Origin: a virus | Direction: 5' to 3' (one strand) | DNA length: 64,000 bases | IMG/VR virus record: IMGVR_UViG_3300027836_000008 | In this document: in pieces, positions 8,857 to 18,089 of the stretch | Numbering within the stretch: position 1 is the first letter of the stretch | Layout of the letters: each line of letters starts with the position of its first letter | The notes under the pieces: model-generated | The model's database searches: none | What the model saw: only the letters and a program-made list of their open reading frames with translations | What the model was told of the DNA's origin: nothing | Program-made: the position numbers and the translations under genes

Positions 8857-9778
8857 ATCCTTTGTCTAACATTTTGCTGTAATAGAACTCAGCATAGTGT
8901 AATTGACGGTGAAGCCCTGGGTGTGGAGTACGAGTAATACTCTTTCCTGGGGCTTCTCCTATTTTATGATAATCATAGCCATAATCAAATACATCTGGGT
9001 GCTGATCTAAATAATCTTGATGGCATCTTGCAGAGTCCCACCCTTTCATCTTATAAAACGGCAGTAGCCCATCAACCGTTTTAGGATCTATATAGAACTC
9101 AAAGTGAGGAGGGAAGTCTTTACGCACCTGATCTTGAACATAACTATCAAAATTATCAATCAGGAATTGTTCTTGTTCTTCTGATAAGGAGTTTGTCCAT
9201 GTTGACCAAATCAAAGTGATGTCGTTGACTCTACAGAAAGCCTCCAGCATTTGTATATGGTTTAGGTTGTTTTGATATACCCACTCATAGGGTATTGTTG
9301 CTGAATAATCCCAGGGAGCAGAATCTTTTGTCTTCCTTGGTTTATTGCCCAAACAATAATCAGTCATCTTAGATCCATCACCCGAAACAAAGTAAAACCT
9401 TTCAAGTGGAGCAAAGTTACAAACAACATACTTAGGCAAATAATCATACTTGTTGATCATGCCAAAGAAACTAGAAATAATTTGATTTACAGACCCTCCA
9501 CTATATGAGATATTTCCAACTTCTAGTCCTGTCATACCTGAAAGTATGTTAGACCACCTTAGATCCACTGGAAGACCCTGACCTAGCGTTATAGAGCATC
9601 CTAGGGCTACTACTGGGGGTTTGCTTGCAAACTCTATAGATCGAATACCATCTGAATTCCAACAATAGTTATATTCTTTTCTTGGAACTTCTGCATGGGT
9701 TACAAGTATGTCAGATACGGTCACCTCGCCTGGTCTTGGATGAGAAATTATTCCAGGTTTAAATATATTAAATAGCAT
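8837..9778 (-). CDS. SGNH/GDSL-like hydrolase or acyltransferase domain protein
   Basis: VALGCSITLGQG; NISYSGGS; C-terminal PHPG.H. Confidence 0.65.
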   Translation of the reverse strand: MLFNIFKPGIISHPRPGEVTVSDILVTHAEVPRKEYNYCWNSDGIRSIEFASKPPVVALGCSITLGQGLPVDLRWSNILSGMTGLEVGNISYSGGSVNQIISSFFGMINKYDYLPKYVVCNFAPLERFYFVSGDGSKMTDYCLGNKPRKTKDSAPWDYSATIPYEWVYQNNLNHIQMLEAFCRVNDITLIWSTWTNSLSEEQEQFLIDNFDSYVQDQVRKDFPPHFEFYIDPKTVDGLLPFYKMKGWDSARCHQDYLDQHPDVFDYGYDYHKIGEAPGKSITRTPHPGLHRQLHYAEFYYSKMLDKGFKAETS

Positions 9779-9860
9779 TAATATATCCAGTTCTTCTTTT
9801 TAATACTTTTGTATTTTTTATATTCTTTATATTTAAAAAATATGCGATATATAAAGTTAA

Positions 9861-10064
9861 TTACCATTTGCCAAGCGGACATGTTGCTTCTTCTAGTTTA
9901 ACTTTAAGGTGCATCAAACAGCCACACTTTGCACACTGCTTTGTTAAAGAAATAAACTCTGGACACCAGTTACAGATGTCATATCTTTCTTTAGCAACTT
10001 CATCATTTGATCTTGGCTTATTTGGATTTAGCAAATCCCAAGGCTTAACAGATTTTTTCAACAT
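9861..10064 (-). CDS. Cys-rich small protein (DUF6171-like)
   Basis: CxxC...CxxCGC...CPLGKW; paralogue at 21323. Confidence 0.75.
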   Translation of the reverse strand: MLKKSVKPWDLLNPNKPRSNDEVAKERYDICNWCPEFISLTKQCAKCGCLMHLKVKLEEATCPLGKW

Positions 10065-10081
10065 GTGCTCCTTTTTAAAAA

Positions 10082-11113
10082 TTATAGCATATTGCTATTT
10101 GTTTGTAAAGAGATCCAGTTGTAGGTTTTTTGAATACCATCTTTAAGTGGCGCTGTATAGTCCCACCCTAAACGATGTCTAATTAAATCATTATTAGAGT
10201 TTCTACCCCTAACACCTGTAGGCCCATCAATATGGACAACATTTATGTTTTTATTTTCTACAGCACACGCTATTTTAACTAAATCATTAATACTAACCAT
10301 TTCCTCAGAGCCGATATTGACTGGTCCAGAAAAATCTGACTCCATAAGTCTTCTTGTTGCCTCTATGCACTCATCTATATATAGGAATGATCTTGTCTGT
10401 TCCCCATCCCCCCAGATTTCTATAGAATCTTTTGCCTGTATAATCTTTCGACATATTGCTGCTGGTGCTTTTTCTTTGCCGCCATCCCAAGTTCCTTCTG
10501 GACCAAAAATATTATGATATCTAGCAATTCTAACTGGTATTCCATTATTTTTTTGAAATGCTAAGAACAGTCTTTCGCTAAACAATTTCTCCCAACCATA
10601 CTCACTATCTGGATCTGCAGGATATGCATCTGACTCTTTAAGTCCAGGGTTGTTGGTGTCTAGTTGCTTATAGTCAGGGTACATGCAGGCAGAACTGCTA
10701 TAGAATATCTTAGTTTTATTAACTGAATACTGATTGTTAAACCTTGACTGTGCTCTCAGCAAGTTTAAGTTTATAAGTGCAGAGTTTTCCATAATTTGTG
10801 AATCGTTTTCTCCTGTAAAAATATAACCTGCTCCACCCATGTCTGCAGCAAATTGATAAATCTCATCAAAAGGCTCTACTATGCTGTATGGTATTTCTTT
10901 ATAAAAGTTTCCAGCATACCCTTTAAATAGAATAACCTTATTCATGTTATCTTGTTCAGAAAGGTCACGAACAATAAACTCATCTGCCTGAGTTTCTGAA
11001 AATTCTGGGTGTTTAATATCTACCCCTCTTACCCAATAGCCTTCACTCTTAAGTCTTTTAACCATATGACTTCCAATGAATCCACCTGCTCCTAAAACCA
11101 ATGCTTTTTTCAT
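10082..11113 (-). CDS. NAD-dependent epimerase, GDP-mannose 3',5'-epimerase-like
   Basis: GAGGFIGSH; QFAADMGG.GYI; YSSSACMYP; DSEYGWEKLFSE; GGKEKAPAAICRK; WGDGEQTRSF. Confidence 0.9.
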   Translation of the reverse strand: MKKALVLGAGGFIGSHMVKRLKSEGYWVRGVDIKHPEFSETQADEFIVRDLSEQDNMNKVILFKGYAGNFYKEIPYSIVEPFDEIYQFAADMGGAGYIFTGENDSQIMENSALINLNLLRAQSRFNNQYSVNKTKIFYSSSACMYPDYKQLDTNNPGLKESDAYPADPDSEYGWEKLFSERLFLAFQKNNGIPVRIARYHNIFGPEGTWDGGKEKAPAAICRKIIQAKDSIEIWGDGEQTRSFLYIDECIEATRRLMESDFSGPVNIGSEEMVSINDLVKIACAVENKNINVVHIDGPTGVRGRNSNNDLIRHRLGWDYTAPLKDGIQKTYNWISLQTNSNML

Positions 11114-11115
11114 TA

Positions 11116-12072
11116 TTACTTTATCTCCTGATCATTTTGTATTTGTTTTTCCCAAAATTCTGCTATATGTAGTTGTTTGTGCACACCAGGATGAGGCCAA
11201 TGTGCACCAGGCCCTTTTAATCTTCCATAGTCATATGCAAACTTATGATAATCATATCCGTAGTCAAATATTTCTGGGTATTGATATTGATAGTTTTTGT
11301 GACATCCATTCCAGTCTATCATTGCAAAATGAGGAGTTAGTTCAGACACATCATTGACGACAACACCTAGTTCAAAGTTTGCTGGAAATTCTTTTTTAGT
11401 TGTATCTGGTACATAGTGTCTAAAGTTATCTTTTAAGAATTGCTCTTGCTCTTCTGACATTCCATTTGACCAGCAGGACCAATACAGTTTAATGTTATTG
11501 GATTCACAAAAGGCTTCTAGCATCTTAATATGATCTAGGTTTTGATAGTAAACCCATTCGTAAGGTAAGATTTCTTCGTAGTCCCATGGGGCAGTTGCTT
11601 TTGTTTTTTTAGCCTTATGATTGATATACCATTCATGCATGGCTTCTCCATCTGGACTTATAAAATAAAACCTTTCAAAATTAGCAAAATGTGCAATAAC
11701 AATTTCTGGCTTATACTGATATTGATGGATCATTCCAAAAAAACTAGAAACTAACTTGTTTGCAGCAGCACCAGAATAAGATATATTTCCTACTGGAAGA
11801 CCAACCATGTCAGAAAGTATGTCTGTCCATCTAAGTTCTTCTGGTAATCCTTGGCCAAGTGTGATAGAACAACCTAATGCCACAACTGGTGGTTTTGTTG
11901 AAAACTCTATCGATCTAAGACCGTCACTATTCCATTTGTAGTTATACTCATGTCTTGGAACTTCTGAGTGAGTAGCCAGAATGTCTTGCATTCCAGAATA
12001 ATCTTTTTTTGGATTATTTCTATCAATACCCATATGAGGTATAACTCTAGGACTAAATATATCAAATAGCAT
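11116..12072 (-). CDS. SGNH/GDSL-like protein, paralogue of 8837..9778
   Basis: Near-identical blocks WNSDG.RSIEF.(S/T)KPPVVALGCSITLGQGLP and APWDY...PYEWVY.QNL.HI.MLEAFC. Confidence 0.65.
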   Translation of the reverse strand: MLFDIFSPRVIPHMGIDRNNPKKDYSGMQDILATHSEVPRHEYNYKWNSDGLRSIEFSTKPPVVALGCSITLGQGLPEELRWTDILSDMVGLPVGNISYSGAAANKLVSSFFGMIHQYQYKPEIVIAHFANFERFYFISPDGEAMHEWYINHKAKKTKATAPWDYEEILPYEWVYYQNLDHIKMLEAFCESNNIKLYWSCWSNGMSEEQEQFLKDNFRHYVPDTTKKEFPANFELGVVVNDVSELTPHFAMIDWNGCHKNYQYQYPEIFDYGYDYHKFAYDYGRLKGPGAHWPHPGVHKQLHIAEFWEKQIQNDQEIK

Positions 12073-12142
12073 CAGTAAATTACCTGTCCCCTTTTTATTT
12101 TTCGGTATTTACGCCACATCTTAAACTTGTAAACAATTCTTT

Positions 12143-13174
12143 TTAACATTTAGACTCTGGCCATTCTCTCCACCACATTTTTCTTCCTAGTTCTAGTGGG
12201 TAACCTATCCAAGAATATGGCACTGCCTGTGCTTTTTGTGGATTGTCAAAAAAATCCCAAGTCTCAATCCCTTTTTGATTTCTGTTTCTATGAATATATG
12301 CAGTGTATGTACTTCCAGAAGTTCCAACGAAGTTTGTAGCGTTATGTAAAACTAAGTTACAAATCAAACCAAAGACTACCTCATCTTGAAATGGCAATGC
12401 CATGAAATCATCTCTGAAGTTGTTGACTATGTACTCATCCAATAAAATAAAACGATGCTTATTATCTTGAACCATTTTATGTCCTGGTTCACAAGTAGAA
12501 ACAACAATTGGCAAATCATTTTTAGAAAACTTATCTAACCAACCCTCAAACATATCTTGAGTAGTCTCAAACATCTTAACGTGATCAGAAAGTCGCAGAT
12601 GCATCCCTTGAAAGTTTCCAAGAGACTTTGCTATCTTATTTGCTAAATCTAGATATGGCTTTTTAAATGTAACGGACGATATAGCCTTATTCAGTTGTGG
12701 ACTTCTCTTATAGAAAAATCTTGAATACCACCCTAATGTTAATTTTAAGTGTAGCGTTGTATTTAATGGCAGTTTCTGTCTACCTTCAGCAAAAGCAATC
12801 TCATCATCTGAGACACTAGTAGTGTTAGAATAATAAAAATTATTCAGTAGGTCTTCCACTAAAAATTCTTCTTGCTCAAACCTATCTATTTTTTCATTAA
12901 TAAAGATTAGATTTTGATCAAAGTCTAGGAGATCCAATAGGTGTGGAAACTGATCTGGATTTGTAAAACCCTCTCTTTGCTGATTATAAAACCTGCTTGG
13001 AGTAAATATAGGAATACTACCTGTACTATAAAGTTTTGGATCACTGGCATACTTTGCGTAGTGGACTACAACGGGACTTTTGAGTTCACAAGATAATCCT
13101 GCTGCTAACTCAAGACTCATCACTTGATTAATTAATCCTGTGGGGTTATATAACTGAAAAAATATTTTATTCAT
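12143..13174 (-). CDS. O-fucosyltransferase-family (POFUT/NodZ-like GT-B) glycosyltransferase
   Basis: GLINQVMSLE; GMHLRLSDH (HxRxxD); FVGTSGSTYT. Confidence 0.75.
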   Translation of the reverse strand: MNKIFFQLYNPTGLINQVMSLELAAGLSCELKSPVVVHYAKYASDPKLYSTGSIPIFTPSRFYNQQREGFTNPDQFPHLLDLLDFDQNLIFINEKIDRFEQEEFLVEDLLNNFYYSNTTSVSDDEIAFAEGRQKLPLNTTLHLKLTLGWYSRFFYKRSPQLNKAISSVTFKKPYLDLANKIAKSLGNFQGMHLRLSDHVKMFETTQDMFEGWLDKFSKNDLPIVVSTCEPGHKMVQDNKHRFILLDEYIVNNFRDDFMALPFQDEVVFGLICNLVLHNATNFVGTSGSTYTAYIHRNRNQKGIETWDFFDNPQKAQAVPYSWIGYPLELGRKMWWREWPESKC

Positions 13175-13768
13175 TTACATTTTACTCATAGTTGAATTTT
13201 CATCATTAAGATTTTTTCTAATGTTTGTATACAGGTACTCTGGACCTTCTGTAAAATACCAATGCTCTGGTTCGCAATAAAAAAAGAAAGCATTACAGAC
13301 TATGTTAGTCTCAGGATCTGGAAAGTCCTCTCGCCAGTGTTCTTGATCATTACCATAGGATATTACTGCTTCATTTTCTAATGGTGTAAACTTCTCTCCT
13401 TCTACATAAAAGTCCCATGGAGTTTTAGCAAATACCGTCAAGTTAATATGATATGTGCATGCATTATCATCCTTGTGTTTCCATAGTCTTGCCTCTGTAC
13501 CCTCGTAGATGCTAAGTAAACACCAAGAAGGTTTTAGTGTTTCCGACTCAAACTCTTTTTTTGCAGTAGATAAAAGTTTGTTGTGAAAATACTTTAATGG
13601 TAGTAGATGTTCTGGAACCGATTTGCCCCATACAGCCCACTGATGTCTACCAAACCCTTTATCAAAAGTAGTTTTATCTCTTTGATAGATGTTATTAGCA
13701 TAATCCTGTAAAACCTTAAAATCTGTTTCATTCAAAACATTTTTAATCAAGTATGGATCTTTCATCAC
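13175..13768 (-). CDS. 2OG-Fe(II) oxygenase (prolyl-hydroxylase-like)
   Basis: HKD...EHWRE iron-binding motif. Confidence 0.75.
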   Translation of the reverse strand: MMKDPYLIKNVLNETDFKVLQDYANNIYQRDKTTFDKGFGRHQWAVWGKSVPEHLLPLKYFHNKLLSTAKKEFESETLKPSWCLLSIYEGTEARLWKHKDDNACTYHINLTVFAKTPWDFYVEGEKFTPLENEAVISYGNDQEHWREDFPDPETNIVCNAFFFYCEPEHWYFTEGPEYLYTNIRKNLNDENSTMSKM

Positions 13769-13773
13769 GCCTC

Positions 13774-15186
13774 CTACTTATTGTGGGTTATAATGTCGCC
13801 TGCGATAATAATATCGCCTGGTTCTGCACTGAATGTATAGACTGCATCATTATTAGAAAGTATGTCAATGGATGTAATCTCTGTGTTGTTGTAAAGACCA
13901 CTAGACTGATCATACTTTACAATTATATCTCCAACTTCTAATTCTGCTACCATTGCAAACTTCCAAGAATCTACCCCATTATCTACCTTATTAACAAGTA
14001 TTGGGTGCTCTAAAGTAAATTGTGCTGATTTATCTCCATTGAAGTAAACAGTCTGAGTTTTGTTTAGTTCCTGAACATCAACAATTGTAGTAGTTGAGTT
14101 TTCAACAAAAGTTAGAGAGTCTGATGTCCAAACAAACATTTCATAATCTGGAGCATTGATATCAATTTCTGCATAAGATACAGTCATTACTTCATCTCCA
14201 ATTTCAATATCTTTTGCTTGCTTAGCAAGAAGGTTGTTGTTTGAATCTACGAGAGTAGTCTTTCCAGTTATAGGATCTGTAACTTCTGTTCCAGCACCTG
14301 GAGCAAATCGAATAAATGTATTGGCTGAAATACACTTGACTCCATATGTTGTTGTTGAAAATGAATATACGGGAACTGGAGTTGGTGCAACAGGTGTTGG
14401 TGTAGGTGAAGGTGTAGGTGCAACAGGTGTTGGTGTAGGTGAGGGGGTTGGTGCAACAGGTGTTGGTGTAGGTGAAGGTGTAGGAGCAACAGGTGTTGGT
14501 GTAGGGATTGCGCTGCCACAACAAGCCCATCCTGATGGAATGCTGTACTGTGTAGATCCTCCTAGATATGTTAAACCAAGTTCAGAGCATGTCATAGATA
14601 CTGGGTTTGTGATTGTTCCTGGACAACTTGGTAAAGATGCAACTGGTGTTGGTGTTGGCGTTGGTGCAGGAACTGGTGTTGGTGCTGGTGGACATTCCCA
14701 TTGCTCTTGTGTAGGGTCGCATGACCAATAATATACTGCAACAGTTGTGGGACTTCCATTACAAACTCTTGTCTCATTACCGCTGAAAACCCAAGAACAG
14801 GCTGTTGGCGTAACAGGAGTTGGTGTTGGAACAGGAGTTGGAACTGGTGTTGGTACAGGAACAGGGGCAACAGGAGTAGTTGGTGTAGGGGTTGGTGCAG
14901 GAGTTGGTGTTGGGGCTATTGGTGTTGGAATTGGTGTTGGTGTTGCAACATAAACATAATAAGTAAAACTAATATTTATTTCATAGTCAACAAGTGTTCC
15001 TGCTAGAACAGATTGTGTTGCAATTCTATTATTTAAGTTTGAGTTTGACGTATTTGTTGATCCAGAGTTAGTATAGTTTAGTCCTGCATCCTGAAGGGCT
15101 GTTATTGCATCCGTATACGTTAATGTAGATAGGTCTGGTACTGCTACCATTCCTTTTGAAGATGCCCACCCAAACAAATTTAGCAT
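13774..15186 (-). CDS. PASTA-domain, Pro/Thr-rich, Cys-motif protein with C-terminal Hint domain
   Basis: VPDLSTLTYTDAITALQDAGL...IATQS (PASTA); (PT)n and PVAPTPSPTPT repeats; K|CISANT...FTLEHPIL...IITHNK*. Confidence 0.85.
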   Translation of the reverse strand: MLNLFGWASSKGMVAVPDLSTLTYTDAITALQDAGLNYTNSGSTNTSNSNLNNRIATQSVLAGTLVDYEINISFTYYVYVATPTPIPTPIAPTPTPAPTPTPTTPVAPVPVPTPVPTPVPTPTPVTPTACSWVFSGNETRVCNGSPTTVAVYYWSCDPTQEQWECPPAPTPVPAPTPTPTPVASLPSCPGTITNPVSMTCSELGLTYLGGSTQYSIPSGWACCGSAIPTPTPVAPTPSPTPTPVAPTPSPTPTPVAPTPSPTPTPVAPTPVPVYSFSTTTYGVKCISANTFIRFAPGAGTEVTDPITGKTTLVDSNNNLLAKQAKDIEIGDEVMTVSYAEIDINAPDYEMFVWTSDSLTFVENSTTTIVDVQELNKTQTVYFNGDKSAQFTLEHPILVNKVDNGVDSWKFAMVAELEVGDIIVKYDQSSGLYNNTEITSIDILSNNDAVYTFSAEPGDIIIAGDIITHNK

Positions 15187-15193
15187 CTTGGAC

Positions 15194-15829
15194 CTACGCC
15201 GTCAAATCGCCTATAAGTAGCCAGGTATTTGTATCTGTTTTCAAAAGCACACACCCAGAGTATTGTGCTGCAATTTTTTTATTTGAATTCTTGCTATTAA
15301 TGGTAACTCCAACTGCACCTGCAATCTCAACATTGCCTGTACCGCTTCTAAAGATTTCAATCTTTTGACCATTGATAAATGGAATCGTTGAGTTTGCTGG
15401 AACAGTAATGGTAATATCTGTTGGAGATTCTGATGAAACGTTAATAGTCTTTCCAGCATCATCTTTTGTAATTGTATAGTTTGAAGTCTTGAGCGAAATG
15501 TCTGCAGAATCTCCAGACCATCTCCATTCTCCATTGTGGTAATACTGAATCTGATTAATAACAGATCCGCCGTCTGTTTGTCTAACAAAACAAACAATAC
15601 CATTTGTTGGAGATGTTAGCGCTGCATCTCTTGCTGTTGGATTTTGAAAATTATTAACTCCTGCTTTTGCATTTGCAACCATGTCAAAATTAACTACCGA
15701 AGAAAATGTTTGATCTGCTGTCCATGTGTATTCAGCGTTAGTATTTACTGCGCCACCTAATGCATACCAAGTATCATTAGATTCATTATAGATATAGGCA
15801 ACCTTGCCATCTGAATTAATTGTTGCCAT
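15194..15829 (-). CDS. Tail fibre-associated protein
   Basis: YT...DAGK...TITVPANSTIPF..GQ.IEI...G.G.V...WLLIGDL domain, also seen at the end of 2550..4319. Confidence 0.7.
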   Translation of the reverse strand: MATINSDGKVAYIYNESNDTWYALGGAVNTNAEYTWTADQTFSSVVNFDMVANAKAGVNNFQNPTARDAALTSPTNGIVCFVRQTDGGSVINQIQYYHNGEWRWSGDSADISLKTSNYTITKDDAGKTINVSSESPTDITITVPANSTIPFINGQKIEIFRSGTGNVEIAGAVGVTINSKNSNKKIAAQYSGCVLLKTDTNTWLLIGDLTA

Positions 15830-15941
15830 TTGATGTCAACCCCAATGCTCTAAGTTCTGCTTCTGTAATCTTGGTTGCTGCAATTAACTTTGCAATACCG
15901 CTTTCACGAAGTTGCTCTTCTGTAGTTTTTTCTTTAGCCAT
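15816..15941 (-). CDS. Small hypothetical protein (41 aa)
   Basis: Read by hand: MAKEKTTEEQLRESGIAKLIAATKITEAELRALGL...; fills the gap and overlaps both neighbours. Confidence 0.6.
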   Translation of the reverse strand: MAKEKTTEEQLRESGIAKLIAATKITEAELRALGLTSNGNN

Positions 15942-16366
15942 TATGCACCAATCTCTTTCCATTCAGTTCCAGACCACACATACATTGTTAGTGGTGATGA
16001 ATCTGAGTCTACCCACAAAGTACCAGTTGTTGGACTTGATGGTTCTGATGCTTGATAAGATGCTGTTGCGTATTGTACATCTGCTGTAACTGATGAGGCT
16101 GAGTCTACCCAAATATAACCATTGTCTACTCCAGTTGGAGCGGAAGATAAAATTGATGAACCAAGTCCATCTGACTCGATAGCGTCTACTCTAGTATCTA
16201 GAGCCTTGATGTGACCAACAACAGAGTCAGCAATAATCTCAGATTCTGAAGTTATTGTGTTTGCTGTTCCGTAATGATAAAGTTTTAGCGCTGCCTGAAT
16301 ATCTGCTGGGTCTTCAAGACCAGGGATCTTAGTGGGATAAACAGTTCCTATATTTTCTGCAGCCAT
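15941..16366 (-). CDS. Virion structural protein
   Basis: SAPTGVDNGYIWVDS and EPSSPTTGTLWVDS fibre motifs. Confidence 0.7.
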   Translation of the reverse strand: MAAENIGTVYPTKIPGLEDPADIQAALKLYHYGTANTITSESEIIADSVVGHIKALDTRVDAIESDGLGSSILSSAPTGVDNGYIWVDSASSVTADVQYATASYQASEPSSPTTGTLWVDSDSSPLTMYVWSGTEWKEIGA

Positions 16367-16374
16367 ACATAAGA

Positions 16375-16965
16375 TTATACCACAGTAATAAAGAGTTGTA
16401 CAGACTTTTGACCTGACAACTCAGTGAATGATCCACTGGATAACTCTGAAGCACTTATTGTTATTGGTAGTACACGCTCACCATTTGAGGTGGCAACCTC
16501 GCCTATGCTTACTGACGAAGCAAGAGCATTTTGATTCAAAATACTATACTGGACGTTAAAGTTTTCTGCTTGAACGCTACCTACAAAATCAGCAGGTACA
16601 ATTTCAGCCACAGGAATGTTCATTGACCAAACACCATCTACAAAACTTGTCTCTGTATAGTTTTTGCTATAGATGTTTGAGACTAATTTAAAAAGTTTTA
16701 CCCAGGTATTTGTCCCAAGTACATTTTGAAGTTGATAGACATATTGGTATTCATCATCTGTAGATAAAATGTTTATATAAAGGTCAAAAAGTTGACAATC
16801 TGGAGCAAGGACAGTAAGTCCATCATTTCCAATAACTGGTTTTCCAACATTTGAAAATATTTGACTTCCTCTATCTCCTGTTGGACCAAAGTCTACTTCA
16901 ACGTTTACAGTTTCAGGACCACCAAGTACAGCAAGGTCATCTGTAGCAAGAACAATATCAACCAT
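16375..16965 (-). CDS. Virion structural protein
   Basis: GPTGDRGS; position in tail module. Confidence 0.65.
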   Translation of the reverse strand: MVDIVLATDDLAVLGGPETVNVEVDFGPTGDRGSQIFSNVGKPVIGNDGLTVLAPDCQLFDLYINILSTDDEYQYVYQLQNVLGTNTWVKLFKLVSNIYSKNYTETSFVDGVWSMNIPVAEIVPADFVGSVQAENFNVQYSILNQNALASSVSIGEVATSNGERVLPITISASELSSGSFTELSGQKSVQLFITVV

Positions 16966-17327
16966 TATGCTGTAACGCTCACCTGATCTGTAACAGAAAT
17001 ATTACCTGTTAGAACTGTATGAACCAAAGAGTATGGAGTTGAACTTTTTGTAATTTCAACATCATATACGTATGTAGTTCCTGCTGTTAAATAAGCAGCA
17101 TCTGCTGGTCTAATTGCACATTTAATAGAGTCTTTGGCTGATGAGATAATTGCATATGCTTCATGGTAATTTGCAGTACCAGCAGATCCACGAGCAGTAG
17201 AGAAAGAAAATTTAACTGTATAGTCTGTCAAATCGTATGCTGATCCATCAGCGAGTTTTGGGTATACGACAAACTCTAAAGTATCACCCTTGTAGTATGA
17301 AATATTATAGGTTCCTGGAAATGCCAT
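16965..17327 (-). CDS. BppU-N-like baseplate/tail adaptor
   Basis: YKGDTLEF...YVYDVEI...VLTGNISV. Confidence 0.6.
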   Translation of the reverse strand: MAFPGTYNISYYKGDTLEFVVYPKLADGSAYDLTDYTVKFSFSTARGSAGTANYHEAYAIISSAKDSIKCAIRPADAAYLTAGTTYVYDVEITKSSTPYSLVHTVLTGNISVTDQVSVTA

Positions 17328-17334
17328 GATTTTA

Positions 17335-18069
17335 TTATACCACGCTGACGTATACAGAATTCAAAATTACAGATGCATCATAGTCTGTTCGTATTTGTGG
17401 TGTTGCTCCATTACCCCACATTTTTTGGTTTTCAATAAAGAGTTGCTGAGTAACAGATAGGTTATATGTATGCTGATATTTAAATGATCCGATAATCTGT
17501 GCTATCTCTTGTTCATCTGAAGGAAAAAATGTTCTTATCCAAACCTCTGTATTTGGAGAAAATGTAGTTAGTTCAAAATTATATGTTACAAAAACTTGAG
17601 CCCCAATCTCCAGGCCTTTAAAGTTTAACATTTTAGCATGTTGATTCCAAAGGCTAACACAGTCTTTAGGTAAAAAATTTTCAAACGGTTTAGACTGATT
17701 CATGCTTACATTTACCCAGCCGTCTATTCCTTGTGTAGCGCCCAGTCTAATACTTGAAGAATTTGTACTTGTGTATGATGCCCATCCTGCTTGTTGTCCA
17801 GAAGATGATAGAGAACTGAGGCCATCTTTTCCATTTACCCCTTTTTCGCCTCTAGGACCCTGTTTGCCCTCTGGCCCTTGCTTTCCCTCTGGACCAGGTT
17901 CTCCGTCCCTTCCATCCCTACCTGAAGGCCCTTGAGGGCCTACTGGACCAGGTACTGGTAAAAAGGAAAGCGTATTCTCTTGATAATTAACACCTTGACT
18001 TTGCTCTACTTGTGCAGCATAAGAAGATTTTTTTGCACCAGGAAAATCCATAGATTTAGATACGGCCAT
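17335..18069 (-). CDS. Collagen-like (Gly-X-Y) virion protein
   Basis: About 15 consecutive GXY triplets (GPVGPQGPSGRDGRDG...). Confidence 0.8.
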   Translation of the reverse strand: MAVSKSMDFPGAKKSSYAAQVEQSQGVNYQENTLSFLPVPGPVGPQGPSGRDGRDGEPGPEGKQGPEGKQGPRGEKGVNGKDGLSSLSSSGQQAGWASYTSTNSSSIRLGATQGIDGWVNVSMNQSKPFENFLPKDCVSLWNQHAKMLNFKGLEIGAQVFVTYNFELTTFSPNTEVWIRTFFPSDEQEIAQIIGSFKYQHTYNLSVTQQLFIENQKMWGNGATPQIRTDYDASVILNSVYVSVV

Positions 18070-18089
18070 AGTAGCATTATCTCACCTTA

